From a virus (taxonomy: Duplodnaviria > Caudoviricetes): DNA of 64,000 nucleotides. Location: the IMG/VR virus record IMGVR_UViG_3300031760_000002, positions 96,001 through 160,000 of that record. One strand, written 5' to 3'. Below the pieces are notes generated by a model, which made no database searches, had not been told where the DNA came from, and saw only the letters and a list, made by a program, of their open reading frames with translations. A program made the translations under genes and the position numbers. Position 1 is the first letter of the stretch. Each line of letters starts with the position of its first letter. Shown here piece by piece: positions 63,126 to 64,000 of the stretch.

Positions 63126-63192
63126 CCCCTCTTAGGCGTCCGGTACACCCCACGGCGGTGAGGAACGCCGTGGAAGTTTCTGGATTCTTGGA

Positions 63193-63204
63193 TTGTCAAA
63201 GATC
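63193..63204 (-). promoter_or_regulatory. boxA-like antitermination element
   Basis: GATCTTTGACAA immediately after the first tRNA of the array. Confidence 0.5.
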
Positions 63205-63209
63205 TTGGA

Positions 63210-63285
63210 TGGTTCTCGGGGTGGGACTCGAACCCACGGTCATTCGGATGTAAACCGAAGGTTTTAGCCGCTAAACTACCCGAGA
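63210..63285 (-). tRNA. tRNA-Val(TAC)
   Basis: loop TTTACAT, CCA. Confidence 0.88.
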
Positions 63286-63356
63286 GCGGAAAACCGCCAC
63301 GTACCAGCGGAAGGCTTGATCGGACCGATGATACGTGGCGGTATTCATGCAGGCGG

Positions 63357-63385
63357 ATTCTATACTAGAACCGTATTTGTGTCAA
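63357..63385 (-). promoter_or_regulatory. sigma70-like promoter of the tRNA array
   Basis: TTGACA-17 nt-TAGAAT. Confidence 0.75.
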
Positions 63386-63990
63386 ACGATTTCGCACTGC
63401 TGGCTCTGAAGCACCTTCAAAGCCGCCTCGTGAGATTCGTTCGTCACGTCCGCGCACGCGTCCTTGTGGACCACGATCTTGGCGTCCGGGTACTTGGCCC
63501 GAATCAGGACCGCGTTCGCGAGGACGCAGATCGAAGTGCAAACGCCGCAGATGTGGATCTCCAGTTCGCCGCCCTTCGTTCCGAATGGAAGCGTTACGTC
63601 ATGCTCGAAGTCCAAGGACTCCCTGATTTCGTAATCGACAAGGTCGAGGCTGCCGAACGTGTTCTTCTCCACCGTGCGATAGTGACCGGTCGAATCAAGC
63701 GCCTTCTTCACGTCGTCGTGCAGCTCGTGGCCCCATGTGCCGTAGACACAATGCGGGACCGGCAGCTTCTCCCCCTCCAACGTCTTCTGGTAGTTGCCGA
63801 AATGCGTGTCCAGCGTGCAGACGACGGCGTCCCAATTGATGCCGACGTCGATCAATTTGCATACTTCGCCGACCACGTCTTTCGTCGCATTGTCGTCATC
63901 GTTCTTGTGAACGTAAAGCGATCCGCGCTCGTACACGAAGTCGTTCTGCATGTCCACTACGACAAGCACCTGTGCGATCCCGTCTTTCAT
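63382..63990 (-). CDS. pncA: nicotinamidase/isochorismatase-family cysteine hydrolase
   Basis: VVDMQNDF, TLDTH, PHCV.GT.G, KNTFGS, GVCTSICV. Confidence 0.85.
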   Translation of the reverse strand: MKDGIAQVLVVVDMQNDFVYERGSLYVHKNDDDNATKDVVGEVCKLIDVGINWDAVVCTLDTHFGNYQKTLEGEKLPVPHCVYGTWGHELHDDVKKALDSTGHYRTVEKNTFGSLDLVDYEIRESLDFEHDVTLPFGTKGGELEIHICGVCTSICVLANAVLIRAKYPDAKIVVHKDACADVTNESHEAALKVLQSQQCEIV

Positions 63991-64000
63991 TGTTTTTCCT

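Noticed and set aside
62827-63200. Confident tmRNA or RNase P call
   Set aside because: There is no Ala-type acceptor with G3:U70 next to the T-arm and no RNase P P4 signature, so these are kept only as unassigned structured RNAs.
60758-63300. Short ORFs across the tRNA array
   Set aside because: They overlap well-formed tRNA genes and are spurious.
1-64000. Stop-codon reassignment or suppressor tRNA
   Set aside because: Genes are intact in the standard code, TAG/TGA/TAA all end tightly packed genes, and no canonical tRNA with a CTA/TCA/TTA anticodon was found.

Overview
This window looks like part of a large tailed (jumbo-type) dsDNA phage genome of moderately high GC. Every credible gene is on the minus strand and uses the standard genetic code. 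In transcription order (right to left) it contains: a nicotinamidase gene; a ~3.3 kb array of 20 tRNA genes mixed with several non-canonical tRNA-like RNAs and a PEP-CTERM protein gene; a palindrome-rich intergenic region that may be an origin; small early/middle genes (HNH nuclease, thyX, tandem GT8 glycosyltransferase); and a ~42 kb morphogenesis operon. That operon starts with an initiator-like tRNA-Met and an intein-containing portal gene. It continues through a metacaspase, tail-fibre genes, a multisubunit RNA polymerase (beta fused to the N-half of beta', C-half separate), many probable head-internal proteins, a prohead protease and an acidic scaffold-like protein. The most striking signals are three. 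(1) A ~30-aa N-terminal leader (Y-x-x-G-F-x-x-K-C-A-E-x-G ... K-x-A) sits on nine otherwise unrelated proteins and looks like a cleavable capsid-loading signal. (2) The RNA polymerase is fused and re-split, and lies inside the virion operon. (3) The tRNA array holds unusual RNAs, including two tandem circularly permuted tRNA mimics. All calls come from motif recognition by eye; no searches were run.
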